Part shown: in pieces, positions 40,970-50,217 of the stretch
Layout of the letters: the number at the start of each line of letters is the position of its first letter
Numbering within the stretch: the first letter of the stretch is position 1
DNA from: Bacillota bacterium
GTDB taxonomy: Bacteria; Bacillota; Limnochordia; Limnochordales; DUMU01
DNA length: 64,000 nt
Direction: 5' to 3'
Assembly: GCA_012839805.1 (NCBI GenBank)
Contig: DUMU01000035.1
Span: 105,296 to 169,295, forward strand
Made by a program: the position numbers and the translations under genes
Notes under the pieces: model-generated
Database searches by the model: none
What the model was told of the DNA's origin: nothing
The model's input: the letters and a program-made list of their open reading frames with translations, nothing else

Positions 40970-41917
40970 ATGGCGGGGATTCCGGTGATAGGTCTTACCT
41001 GCGGAGTTCAGCAGGTGCGAGACGACGCCTTCCGGTACTTCGTGAATAGCGATTACGTTCAATCGGTGACCGCGGCGGGGGGGTTGCCTCTTCTCTTACC
41101 ACCGCTCGAGACGACCGAGCAGATCGAAGGCCTCTTCGGCCTGATCGACGGTCTGCTACTACCAGGGGGCAACGACGTCGATCCCGCCTACTTTGGGGAG
41201 GAGCCTCTTCCGGCCCTGGGCGAAATCGAGCCGGAGCGGGACCGGCTGGAAGTAGAATTGACCCGCCGGGCCCTGCGGGACGGGATGCCGGTGCTCGGGA
41301 TATGCCGGGGAATACAGGTTCTCAACGTGGCCGCGGGTGGCAGCCTTTACCAGGATATCGGTACCCAGGTGAAAGGGGCACTCCGGCACTACCAGCAGGC
41401 GCCTCGCTGGTACGCGAGTCATGAAGTTCACATTCAACCGGGTTCGAAGTTGTGGGAGATCATGCAGGTGGAAAACCTCCGGGTCAACAGCTTCCACCAC
41501 CAGGCGGTGAAGGTGGTGGGCGACGATGTACTGATCTCCGCCAAGGCAAGAGACGGCGTGATCGAGGGTATTGAAAGCCATGTCCATCCTTTCGCGGTGG
41601 GGGTGCAGTGGCATCCCGAGTGCATGTGGCAGCGGGAACGGCTTTTCTTGCGGCTCTTCACGCGCCTGGTGGAGGAGGCGGCCCGGTACGCCGAAAGGCG
41701 AAGGAACGGCCTCGATATTCAAACGGGAGGCAGAGCGGTAGATGGCGGGAAAAACGATCTGGATCTCCATCGACTTCGAGGGATTGGCGGCAACGGTGAA
41801 CTGGCAGCAGGACCACGGCAGCCGGGAGAGCGAATTCCGGCGGATGATGACGGCGGAGGCGAATGCGGCGATCGCAGGGGCGAAGGAGGGGGGCGCGACC
41901 CGGATCATCGTCAATGA
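40970..41917 (+). CDS. gamma-glutamyl-gamma-aminobutyrate hydrolase family protein (peptidase C26, class-I amidotransferase-like); 3' end doubtful
   Basis: Contains IGLTCG...YVQSVTAAGGLPLLLPP, LPGGNDVDP, the nucleophile elbow GICRGIQVLN and VQWHPE. Family similarity ends near 41705. The ORF then runs on for about 70 low-complexity codons, overlapping the next gene. Confidence 0.85.
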   Translation: MAGIPVIGLTCGVQQVRDDAFRYFVNSDYVQSVTAAGGLPLLLPPLETTEQIEGLFGLIDGLLLPGGNDVDPAYFGEEPLPALGEIEPERDRLEVELTRRALRDGMPVLGICRGIQVLNVAAGGSLYQDIGTQVKGALRHYQQAPRWYASHEVHIQPGSKLWEIMQVENLRVNSFHHQAVKVVGDDVLISAKARDGVIEGIESHVHPFAVGVQWHPECMWQRERLFLRLFTRLVEEAARYAERRRNGLDIQTGGRAVDGGKNDLDLHRLRGIGGNGELAAGPRQPGERIPADDDGGGECGDRRGEGGGRDPDHRQ

Positions 41918-42578
41918 CTCCCATGACCACATGATCAATTTGATCCCGGAAGAACTCGATCCGGACGCCGAGCTGGTAAGCGGTTCACCCAAACCGCTAA
42001 GCATGCTGGAGGGTGTGGACGCAGGGGTGGACGGCGCCTTTTTCGTCGGCTATCATGCGGCCAGCGGCACGCTGCGGGCGGCCATGGACCACACCTATTC
42101 TAACCGGGCGGTACTGAACGTCTGGATAAACGGGCAGCGTGTAGGGGAAACCGGTATTAACGCGGGGGTATGCGGGGCGCTGGGCGTTCCGGTATTGCTG
42201 GTGACCGGGGACGAGGCGGTGGTGAAGGAGGCGCAGGAGTTACTGGGGCCGGGGGTGGAGACCCTGGCGGTGAAGCAGGCGGTGGGGAAGTTCGCGGCCC
42301 GTTGTCTTCACCCCCACCGGGTGCGGGAGATGCTCCGGGAGGCGGCCGCCCGAGCGGTGCGGCGGCTGGAGCGGGGGCAGGGGGTCGAACCCTTCCGCTT
42401 CCCTCCTCCTTACCGGTTCGAGGTGGAGTTCGTCCAGACGGCCATGGCGGACGTGGCCGAACTCGTCCCCTTTAGCCGCCGGATCGACGGGCGGCGGGTC
42501 GCTTACGAGGATGACGATTACATCCGGGCGTTCCGGGCTTTGCGGGCGATGATCAGCCTGGCTTACGGTGTGGCGTGA
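41742..42578 (+). CDS. dppA: M55-family D-aminopeptidase (DppA-like)
   Basis: MAGKTIWISIDFEGLAA...MTAEANAAIAGAKEGGATRIIVNDSHDHMINL is collinear with the B. subtilis DppA N-terminus. Confidence 0.85.
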   Translation: MAGKTIWISIDFEGLAATVNWQQDHGSRESEFRRMMTAEANAAIAGAKEGGATRIIVNDSHDHMINLIPEELDPDAELVSGSPKPLSMLEGVDAGVDGAFFVGYHAASGTLRAAMDHTYSNRAVLNVWINGQRVGETGINAGVCGALGVPVLLVTGDEAVVKEAQELLGPGVETLAVKQAVGKFAARCLHPHRVREMLREAAARAVRRLERGQGVEPFRFPPPYRFEVEFVQTAMADVAELVPFSRRIDGRRVAYEDDDYIRAFRALRAMISLAYGVA

Positions 42579-43060
42579 TGGGTGGCTCGCGAACCCGATG
42601 GACGGTGGCGACCGCCGCCGAGATGGAGGAGTTGGGCCGCCGGCTCGGGCAGAGGCTGTGGCCCGGAGCGGTGGTGGCCCTGATCGGCCCTCTCGGGGCG
42701 GGGAAGACGACCTTAACCCGGGGAATCGCCCGGGGTCTGGGGTGCGGTGAGGACGTGCGTAGTCCAAGCTTTACCTTGATACACACCTATCCCGGACGAA
42801 TACCGCTCTACCACATCGATGCGTACCGTCTTACAAACCTCGCCGAGTGGCAAGAGCTCGGACCGGAGGAGTTCCTGGAGGGAGAGGGCGTAACGGTGGT
42901 GGAATGGGCGGAACGGGTGAACGAAGGACTTCCGGAGGAAAGACTCGAAGTCGAGATCGCGGGAGTGGGGCTCAAGACGCCGCGGGAAGTTTACCTGCGG
43001 CCCTGCGGAAGTCGTTTTGAACGGCTGGTAGAGGAGCTGGTGGCCGCCGGCGAAGGCTAA
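42575..43060 (+). CDS. tsaE: tRNA t6A37 biosynthesis ATPase TsaE
   Basis: The P-loop is ALIGPLGAGKTTLTRGIARGL, followed by SPSFTLIHTY...HIDAYRL. There is an ATGA overlap with the dppA stop. Confidence 0.9.
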   Translation: MMGGSRTRWTVATAAEMEELGRRLGQRLWPGAVVALIGPLGAGKTTLTRGIARGLGCGEDVRSPSFTLIHTYPGRIPLYHIDAYRLTNLAEWQELGPEEFLEGEGVTVVEWAERVNEGLPEERLEVEIAGVGLKTPREVYLRPCGSRFERLVEELVAAGEG

Positions 43061-43125
43061 ATGCTCTGTTTTTGCCGGGGGGCGGCCGGCAAGGGGCGAC
43101 GCCGCCATGAAGGTGCAGTGGGGAC

Positions 43126-44088
43126 ATGGTGAAGGCGCAAGGCGCATCGAGGATGCCAAGCAGGGGGACGGCGAGAGGGACGGATAGCAAGCAGGCGGGT
43201 TCGGGATCGGCGGGCAGGGCGCTGCCCCGGCGTATCCTGGCTCTGGACACCGCTACCCGTTTCGGCGGGGCGGCGCTGGTGGAGGCGGGCCGGGTGGTGG
43301 CCGAGGTCTGGATCGGACCGGAACGCAGCACTTCCGCCCATCTTCTACCCCTGGTCCAGCAGCTCCTCGCCGCGGCCGGCTGGGCGAGGGAGCAGATCGA
43401 AGCGGTGGCCGTGACCGTAGGCCCGGGCTCTTTCACCGGCTTGCGGATCGGTGTCACCACGGCCAAGGCCCTGGCGTATGCCTGGCACGTCCCGGTGATC
43501 GGGGTGACCACCCTGCAAGTCATGGCTGCGCAGGCGCTTTGGGAGGGCCGGTGGCCGGGGAGCTTCAAGGGGTGGTTGGTCCCGGTGATTCGTTCCCGGC
43601 GCAACGAATTCTACATACAGCTGTTCGAGCTTCCTGCCTCGCCCGGGACGGCCGCTTCGCTCCGGCCGGCCGGCTCGTCCGGTCCCGTCGCCTGGCCGGG
43701 GCAGGCTGCTCCCCCCGGGCCGTCCGCCTCCCCCGCAGAGACGGTCCCGGTGCAAGGGTTGCCGCAACCGGTCACTCGCCCCGAGGTGCTCTCCGCGGCG
43801 GTTTGGATGAGTGGCGAATGGCTCCGGGCGAACGTGAGCGGAGATCTGATACTGATCGGTGATCCGTCGCTGATCAAAGAGCTCAAGGAGAGTTTTCCGG
43901 GGGAAGGCTCGGTGCTCCCGGAAACCGTTCACCATGAGCCCCTGCCTCCTCTTATCCGGCCGGCGGCGGTGGGCCGCGTAGCCTGGCTGCTGGCAGCGGC
44001 GAGGGTGCAAGGGGGAGAGGCGGTGGGAGAAACGGCGATGGCCGTTCAGCCGCTATACGTGGCGCGCCCTCTGGAAAAAGTAACCTAA
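43126..44088 (+). CDS. tsaB: tRNA t6A37 biosynthesis protein TsaB, with N-terminal extension and Pro/Ala-rich insertion
   Basis: ILALDTATRFGGAALVE...VAVTVGPGSFTGLRIGVTTAKALAYAWHVPVIGV is the YeaZ fold. The start is uncertain (43126 or 43153). Confidence 0.85.
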   Translation: MVKAQGASRMPSRGTARGTDSKQAGSGSAGRALPRRILALDTATRFGGAALVEAGRVVAEVWIGPERSTSAHLLPLVQQLLAAAGWAREQIEAVAVTVGPGSFTGLRIGVTTAKALAYAWHVPVIGVTTLQVMAAQALWEGRWPGSFKGWLVPVIRSRRNEFYIQLFELPASPGTAASLRPAGSSGPVAWPGQAAPPGPSASPAETVPVQGLPQPVTRPEVLSAAVWMSGEWLRANVSGDLILIGDPSLIKELKESFPGEGSVLPETVHHEPLPPLIRPAAVGRVAWLLAAARVQGGEAVGETAMAVQPLYVARPLEKVT

Positions 44089-44138
44089 CCCGGCCTGGCG
44101 GCGCCGACGGAGGAGCGGCGAAGGAAGGGGGTAGATGG

Positions 44139-44642
44139 GTGGCGACCGAGCCCAGAGAAGAACCGATCGGAGAAGCGATCACCATCGAACCCATGCGGCT
44201 GCGCGATCTCGACCAGGTGATCCGCATCGAACGGCTTTCGTTCTCGGCACCCTGGTCCAAGGCGGCCTTTCTCTCCGAACTCCTCGAGAACGACCGGGCG
44301 CGCTATCTCGTCGCCCGGGTTGGTGACCAGGTGGTGGGTTATACCGGCATGTGGATCATTCTCGACGAAGGCCACATCACCAACGTCGCCGTTCACCCCC
44401 ACTGGCGAAACCGCGGCGTCGCCACCCATCTTTTGACGGCACTGGAAGATCTCGCCTGGGAGCAAGGGGTCCGCCGGATGACCCTGGAAGTGCGAAAGAG
44501 CAATGTGGTGGCCCACACCCTCTACGAGAAGCTCGGTTTCCGGGACGCGGGGATCAGGCGGGCCTACTACCGCGACAACAACGAAGACGCGATCATCATG
44601 TGGAAGACGCTCTCCCCGAGAGGAGAAGCGAACTCCTTCTAA
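44139..44642 (+). CDS. rimI: ribosomal-protein-alanine N-acetyltransferase (GNAT)
   Basis: GTG start 7 nt after GGAAGGGGG. Contains IRIERLSFSAPWSKAAF...ITNVAVHPHWRNRGVATHLL. Its position after tsaE-tsaB matches the conserved operon. Confidence 0.85.
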   Translation: MATEPREEPIGEAITIEPMRLRDLDQVIRIERLSFSAPWSKAAFLSELLENDRARYLVARVGDQVVGYTGMWIILDEGHITNVAVHPHWRNRGVATHLLTALEDLAWEQGVRRMTLEVRKSNVVAHTLYEKLGFRDAGIRRAYYRDNNEDAIIMWKTLSPRGEANSF

Positions 44643-44698
44643 CATCCACACGTTACAGCTTGTTGCTAGACCGGCGAACGGGAAGAGGAGCGGTGAGC

Positions 44699-45382
44699 GT
44701 GCCGGCAGGCTGGAGAAGAGTGCGGGAGGCACCGGTTCACCGGAGGCTCCACGACGAGTTACTCGAACGGACTCGCCGGGGTGAACTGCGTCCGGGTGAC
44801 CGGTTCCCGTCGGAGAACGAGATCATCGCCGCTTACGGGGTGAGTTCGACCACCGCTCGCCGGGCTCTCTACGACCTGACCAGGGAGGGTTTCCTGGTTC
44901 GAGTTCGCGGCAGGGGCTCGTTCGTCGCCGACGTGAAAGGGAAGGAGTCGCGGCCGGTGGTCGGGGTGCTGTTTCCGACCCACGGGGTCAGCGATAAGTT
45001 GCTGGACGACTTCTACTTCGGCCGGGTACTGCAGGGCGTCAGGGAAGTGGTCGAAGAGGCGCAGGGCAGCACGCTCTTGCTTTCACTTCCCATCGTGAAG
45101 GGGGAGATGGCGGCCGTAGAGGTCGTATGCCCGGCTCGCCGCAGGCCATCCCGACGCGGTGGCACGAAGACCGGCCGGGCGGGCCGGGTGACCGCCCAAG
45201 GAAGGAGCGAAGGGGATGCTCAAAATCGGTACACGGGCCGTGGTGGTCGTGGTGGTTGCAGTTGTGGCCCTGGTGACGGTGGCGAGCGCGGCCGAGCCGG
45301 CTCGTTACTCGCTGCCCCCGTTGTCTTCCTCCCAGCTCGTGAGCTTGCCGGGGGCTTTGCGCCAGCGGGCGCTGCTCGATGA
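44699..45382 (+). CDS. GntR-family HTH regulator, apparently a truncated AraR-like protein (effector domain remnant); 3' part probably non-functional
   Basis: GTG 44699 lies 8 nt after GGAAGAGGAG. The GntR wHTH reads LRPGDRFPSENEIIAAYGVSSTTARRALYDLTREGFLVRVRGRGSFV. Only the first roughly 50 aa of a LacI/PBP1-type domain follow (VVGVLFPTHGVSDKLLDDFYFGRVLQGVREVVEEAQGSTLLL). The rest is Arg/Gly-rich read-through overlapping the next gene. Confidence 0.55.
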   Translation: MPAGWRRVREAPVHRRLHDELLERTRRGELRPGDRFPSENEIIAAYGVSSTTARRALYDLTREGFLVRVRGRGSFVADVKGKESRPVVGVLFPTHGVSDKLLDDFYFGRVLQGVREVVEEAQGSTLLLSLPIVKGEMAAVEVVCPARRRPSRRGGTKTGRAGRVTAQGRSEGDAQNRYTGRGGRGGCSCGPGDGGERGRAGSLLAAPVVFLPARELAGGFAPAGAAR

Positions 45383-47138
45383 GGGGCGTTTGCAACAGGC
45401 GGCCAGGCTCCTGGCGGAGGCCGAGTTCCAGGTGATGGTGGGGGCGGTCTCCCGTGAGGATTTGGTCCGGGCCTCGGAGATCTGGACCGGGCTGGCGCAG
45501 GTCTGGTCTCGATTGGCTCGCCGGCCCTCTCCTGCCCGGGAAGAGTGGGAAGAAGGGCTCGCCGAGATCGAGAGTGTGTTGCCGGAGCTTTGGCGTCTAA
45601 TCATCCCCTCCCGATCGGTCGAGGTTCGCATTCTCCCCGTCGATGCCTCCTCGTTGAGCCGGGCTTACCTGAACGACGACATTGACTTCATCGTCCGGAT
45701 GGCGAAGGCAGCGGGGTTCAACACCATCTTCGTCGAGACCCTGCGCGACGATGGATATCTCGTCTACCGGTCATCTTTCGGGGTGGAGGCTCCCGATCTC
45801 GCCGCCAAACACGGGCAGGAGGGAGAAGACGCCCTGGCGACGTTCCTTGCGGCCGCCCACGAGGAGGGGCTGGCGGTCTTTCCCTGGGTGAAGCTCCTCT
45901 TCGCCACGGCCAACGGGGAACTGGGGCCGGTGCTGAGCCAGCACCCCGAGTGGGCCGCGGTGGCCAGCGATGGGAAAATCCCCACCACGCCGTACAATCT
46001 GGTCTGGTTCAACCCGGCCCATCCGGGGGTGCGGGAGTTTCTCACCAACTCCGCGGCGGAACTGGCGGCCAACTACCCCATCGACGGCGTGCAGCTCGAC
46101 TACGTGCGGTATCCCAACCAGTACGGAGTCGACACCGACTATAGCTACGACGATTACACCGTGGAGCAAGTGAAGATGCTCTACGGCTTCGACCCGCGCA
46201 CGCTCCCTCGGCCGCGCCTCGGGGACATGGGTTCGGCCGGCTACCGGGTGGGTGACCTGCCCCAGGCCATGCAGGAGTGGAATGCCTACCGGGAGGAGAT
46301 GGTAAGCAGCCTCCTCGGCCGGGTGGTCAAAGCCATTCACGAGAAACGGCCGGGGATACCTATCTCGGTCGCGCCCCTGGTGGCCAACTGGGGAGGCGGA
46401 ACGTTACCGCAAGCGCTGGTAGTTCACCAGAACTGGCCGGTCTGGCTGGAACGGCATCTTGCCCTGCTGCTTTCGCCGCTTACCTATAGCGGAGACCCCC
46501 GGGTGGTCCAGCGGGAGCTGGGCAACGTCGTCGAGCTGGCCGCGGGCCGGGCGATGGTGGCGCCGAGCCTCTCCATTCAGCAAGTGGATATAGCGGGAGA
46601 GGGACCAGGGCTGGGTGCGGTAGAGTTGCTGCGAGAGGTGGATGTGGTTCAGCAGGGAGGCGGGGTCGGTTACCGGATTTTCGCCTTCCCGCATTTGAAG
46701 GCGGAACACTGGCGGGCGCTGGCCAAGGGGGCTTTCCGGCGACCGGCCACCAATCCGGTGGTTGAACCGGCCGCCGCCGCGCGCCAGCTCGTAGAAGAAG
46801 CGAAGTTATTGCTTAAGGGATTGCAGGAGGCGGGGTTCGAAAAAGAGGTCGCCCGGTGGGGGGCGCAGGTGGAACGGTTAGCGCAGTATACCTCCCCCGA
46901 GCGCCTGGGAGGACGGCAAGAACCGGGGCCACAGGGGCGGCAGGAGGCGCTGACGTGGGCAACCCTGGCGGCCCAGACCGGCTCGTGGCTGGAGCAGGTT
47001 CGCACGACGTGGACGGCGGAGGCGGAAGGGGAGCGCGCCCGGGCGGCCCGGGCGGTACTGGAGCGAACGCTGCTGGAACTGCAGGCGCTGGCGTCGGCCA
47101 TGGCCTACCAGGGCCGGCCGGTGAGCCGCGGCTGGTAG
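45216..47138 (+). CDS. glycoside-hydrolase-like family 10 (GHL10/YngK-like) secreted protein
   Basis: AAGGAAGGAG lies 8 nt before the ATG. The signal peptide is VVVVVVAVVALVTVASAAEP. The TIM-barrel-like core reads FIVRMAKAAGFNTIFVE, WFNPAHPGVREFL and IDGVQLDYVRYP. Confidence 0.8.
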   Translation: MLKIGTRAVVVVVVAVVALVTVASAAEPARYSLPPLSSSQLVSLPGALRQRALLDEGRLQQAARLLAEAEFQVMVGAVSREDLVRASEIWTGLAQVWSRLARRPSPAREEWEEGLAEIESVLPELWRLIIPSRSVEVRILPVDASSLSRAYLNDDIDFIVRMAKAAGFNTIFVETLRDDGYLVYRSSFGVEAPDLAAKHGQEGEDALATFLAAAHEEGLAVFPWVKLLFATANGELGPVLSQHPEWAAVASDGKIPTTPYNLVWFNPAHPGVREFLTNSAAELAANYPIDGVQLDYVRYPNQYGVDTDYSYDDYTVEQVKMLYGFDPRTLPRPRLGDMGSAGYRVGDLPQAMQEWNAYREEMVSSLLGRVVKAIHEKRPGIPISVAPLVANWGGGTLPQALVVHQNWPVWLERHLALLLSPLTYSGDPRVVQRELGNVVELAAGRAMVAPSLSIQQVDIAGEGPGLGAVELLREVDVVQQGGGVGYRIFAFPHLKAEHWRALAKGAFRRPATNPVVEPAAAARQLVEEAKLLLKGLQEAGFEKEVARWGAQVERLAQYTSPERLGGRQEPGPQGRQEALTWATLAAQTGSWLEQVRTTWTAEAEGERARAARAVLERTLLELQALASAMAYQGRPVSRGW

Positions 47139-47194
47139 CCACGGCCGGCACGCCGGAGGGAGCGTATGAGGCGTATGCGGGCGGCGGTGGCCGG

Positions 47195-48334
47195 CTAGCT
47201 ATAAAGCGGCAGGTTGGGGTCGGCGTCCAGGTCCCAGCCCGAGGTACGGCCGGTGGCCAGGCGGTGGAGGCCGGCGGCGGCGATCATGGCGGCGTTGTCG
47301 GTGCAAAGCTCTGGCGGTGGCACGTAGAGGGTGAGCCCGCGTTGCGCGCAGGCCCCGGCCAGGTCTTCCCGCAGGCGGCGGTTGGCGGCCACGCCCCCGG
47401 CGAGGAGCACCCGCTCTACTCCGGTTTCTTCGGCGGCGCGCACGGTCTTGGCCACGCAGACATCCACGATGGCCTGCTGGAAGCTGGCCGCGAAATCCTT
47501 TAGCGACTCCGGCCCCGCGGGCGCGGTGGCGGGCGCGGCCGGCGCGAGTTGCTGCAGGAAGTGCAGGGCCGCGGTCTTGAGCCCGCTGAAGCTAAAGTCG
47601 AGGCCGCCTTCCGGCCCCATCATGGCCCGGGGGAAAGGGATGGCCGCCGGGTCGCCGCCTTCGGCCAGCTTTTCCAGGGCCGGGCCGCCCGGGTAAGGCA
47701 GGCCGAGGATGCGGGCGATCTTGTCGAAGGCTTCGCCGGCGGCATCGTCACGGGTGCGGCCGAGCAGCCGGAATTCGCCATGGTCCACCATGAGGATGAG
47801 CTCGGTGTGCCCGCCGGAGACGATCAGGCCGAGGACCGGGGGACGCAGGTCCGGATGAGCCAGGAAATTGGCATAGATGTGGCCCTCGAGATGGTGAACC
47901 CCCACCAGGGGCAATCCGGCGGCGAAGGCCAGGGCCTTGGCGGCGGCCACGCCCACGAGGAGAGCGCCGATGAGCCCCGGGCCGTGGGTTACGGCCACGC
48001 CGGCGAGATCGGCGAGGGCAACTCCCGCCTGCTCCAGCGCCCGGTCCACCACCGGGATGACCAGCTCCAGGTGATGACGGCTGGCGATTTCGGGTACTAC
48101 GCCACCGTAGAGTCGATGGACGGGAACCTGCGAAGAAACTACGTTGGAACGGATCCCCGCGCCGTCCACCACTGCCGCGGCCGTCTCGTCGCACGAAGTC
48201 TCTATTCCCAGCACCGGGCCGAAGCCGATACGCCCGGCAGCCTCCGAGAGCGGGCGGGTGTAGGAGCGGGGACCGGCATGAGTACCGGGCGGCCCGGGCG
48301 CGGCACGTCCGGTCTCCGAAGAAGGGGGCGTCAA
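47195..48334 (-). CDS. tsaD: tRNA N6-adenosine threonylcarbamoyltransferase TsaD, with a roughly 40-aa N-terminal extension
   Basis: Contains LGIETSCDETAAAVV, GGVVPEIASRHH, VTHGPGLIGALLVG and SGGHTEL. The start is TTG 48334 after AAAGGAAAGG, or an internal GTG just before LGIETS. Confidence 0.93.
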   Translation of the reverse strand: MTPPSSETGRAAPGPPGTHAGPRSYTRPLSEAAGRIGFGPVLGIETSCDETAAAVVDGAGIRSNVVSSQVPVHRLYGGVVPEIASRHHLELVIPVVDRALEQAGVALADLAGVAVTHGPGLIGALLVGVAAAKALAFAAGLPLVGVHHLEGHIYANFLAHPDLRPPVLGLIVSGGHTELILMVDHGEFRLLGRTRDDAAGEAFDKIARILGLPYPGGPALEKLAEGGDPAAIPFPRAMMGPEGGLDFSFSGLKTAALHFLQQLAPAAPATAPAGPESLKDFAASFQQAIVDVCVAKTVRAAEETGVERVLLAGGVAANRRLREDLAGACAQRGLTLYVPPPELCTDNAAMIAAAGLHRLATGRTSGWDLDADPNLPLYS

Positions 48335-48437
48335 CGGTCAAAACCTTTCCTTTCTTCGTGAACGCGGATAGTATAGCCAGAGAAGGGATTGCCCTGCAAG
48401 GAACCGGGGCAGGTCTCGATGGAAGGAGGGCTTGGCC

Positions 48438-49091
48438 GTGCAGATCTTCGTGGATACGGCCAATGTCGATGAAATCCGGGAGGCGGCTTCCTGGGGCGTG
48501 GTGTCCGGAGTGACGACCAACCCGTCGCTGGTCGCGAAGGAAGGAAGAAGCTTCCGCCAGGTTATAGAGGAGATTGCCCGGATCGTGCCCGGCCCCATCA
48601 GTGCCGAGGTGCTGAGCAGCGACGCCGAGGGTATGGTCAAGGAGGCCGTCGAATATGCTTCCTGGTCTCCCCATGTCGTCATCAAAGTCCCGCTCACGGC
48701 CGAAGGACTGAAAGCCACTCGCCGGCTGGCCGAGAAGGGGATCCGCACCAACGTGACGCTGGTATTCAGTTCACCCCAGGGTCTTTTGGCGGCCCGGGCG
48801 GGGGCGACTTTCGTCAGCCCGTTCATCGGCCGCATCGACGACGTGGGAATGGACGGGATGGCCGTGGTTCGGGAACTGGCCCAAATCTACCAGATCCACG
48901 GCATGGGAACGAAGATCATCGCCGCCAGCATTCGCCATCCCCGTCACGTCATCGAGGCAGCTCTGGCGGGGGCGCACATTGCTACGATCCCGTTCAAGGT
49001 CCTGCAGCAAATGGTCCGGCACCCCCTCACCGACGCGGGGCTCGAGCGGTTCGCCGCCGACTGGCAGAAGGCGGGCGTAGCCGTGAAGTAA
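48438..49091 (+). CDS. tal: transaldolase / fructose-6-phosphate aldolase (short Tal family)
   Basis: GTG 48438 lies 7 nt after GGAAGGAGGG. Contains [24 protein letters not shown], the Schiff-base region VIKVPLT and NVTLVFS. Confidence 0.9.
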   Translation: MQIFVDTANVDEIREAASWGVVSGVTTNPSLVAKEGRSFRQVIEEIARIVPGPISAEVLSSDAEGMVKEAVEYASWSPHVVIKVPLTAEGLKATRRLAEKGIRTNVTLVFSSPQGLLAARAGATFVSPFIGRIDDVGMDGMAVVRELAQIYQIHGMGTKIIAASIRHPRHVIEAALAGAHIATIPFKVLQQMVRHPLTDAGLERFAADWQKAGVAVK

Positions 49092-49134
49092 ATTAAAATG
49101 AATACGCACAGGAAACGCACAGGGAGGGATTGAA

Positions 49135-50145
49135 TTGAGCTGGACCGTGATGGGAGGGCCGCTTGGCCACTGGCGTCAGTACTTCCAGCTGGGCGTGGTT
49201 CATTTCATGCTCTATCCGGCTACTATGGCCGGAGAGGGACCGGTGCTGGAGAGCCTGACCGAACTGGCGAAGGATGCCGATCTCGAAGCGATGGAGATAA
49301 CCCACATTGCCGATGACGGTGTACGTCGCCGGGTGCGAGGATTGATTGACGCGGCCGGCTGGACGGTGGCCTTTGGCGCCCAGCCGGTTTTCCTGCGGCG
49401 CAGGCTCGACCTCAATGCTGCGGATCCGGCCGCCCGGGCCGAAGCGGTGCGGGTGGCGAAGGAGTGCGTGGACGAGGCTGCCTACCTGGGGGCGAAGTCC
49501 ATCGCGTTCCTGAGCGGCCCTGATCCGGTGGTCGCGGGCCCGGCGCCGGCGACGGGCGAGGGCGAGGTTCGAGCATCGGCCCGGGCCCGGCTCGTCGAGT
49601 CATTGCTTGAGATCTGCGCCTATGCCGAGCGGGCCGGCTTGCGGGTGGTGCTCGAGACCTTCGACCGCGAGGTAGACAAGAAAGCCTTGATCGGGCCAAC
49701 CGGCGACGCCGTCCTGGTGGCCCGGGCCGTGCGCCGGGAGTTCCCCGATTTCGGGCTGATGCTCGACCTCAGCCACCTTCCGCTTCTTTCCGAGACGCCG
49801 GAGGCGGCGCTGCGCACGGCCGGACCCTACCTGGTCCACGCCCACCTTGGAAACGCCGTCACCGACCCGCAAAGCCCGCTCTATGGTGATGCTCACCCGC
49901 GCTTTGGCGTGGCAGGCGGGGCCAACGGGCGAGACGACCTCACCCGTTTCTTGCGCGGCCTCTTGGAGTGCGGGTATCTGGCGGCCGATCCGGCGACGGC
50001 CACCGGCTGCCGTCATCCCGGCCGTCCCGCCCGGGGTGAACGCCCCGTCGTCAGCTTCGAGATCAAACCCGTGGGTGACGAAGACCCGCAGGTCCTCCTC
50101 GCGGGGGCCAAGCGCCTGCTGCAAGCGGCTTGGGTGGCCCTTTAG
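49135..50145 (+). CDS. sugar phosphate isomerase/epimerase (xylose-isomerase-like TIM barrel)
   Basis: TTG start after GGGAGGGA. Contains YLGAKSIAFLSGPDP, RVVLETFDRE, FGLMLDLSHL and HAHLGN. Confidence 0.75.
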   Translation: MSWTVMGGPLGHWRQYFQLGVVHFMLYPATMAGEGPVLESLTELAKDADLEAMEITHIADDGVRRRVRGLIDAAGWTVAFGAQPVFLRRRLDLNAADPAARAEAVRVAKECVDEAAYLGAKSIAFLSGPDPVVAGPAPATGEGEVRASARARLVESLLEICAYAERAGLRVVLETFDREVDKKALIGPTGDAVLVARAVRREFPDFGLMLDLSHLPLLSETPEAALRTAGPYLVHAHLGNAVTDPQSPLYGDAHPRFGVAGGANGRDDLTRFLRGLLECGYLAADPATATGCRHPGRPARGERPVVSFEIKPVGDEDPQVLLAGAKRLLQAAWVAL

Positions 50146-50217
50146 TCACCGGGCAACTTTAGTCACAGTTTAGCTTTAGTTAAAGCGCAGAAAAGGGCAA
50201 GAAAGGGGAAGGATCAA

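Noticed and set aside
44351-44698. The first 116 codons of the 343-aa ORF upstream of the GntR HTH
   Set aside because: This part overlaps the 3' half of rimI in another frame and its translation is Arg/Pro-rich. The GntR domain begins after the SD at 44681-44690.
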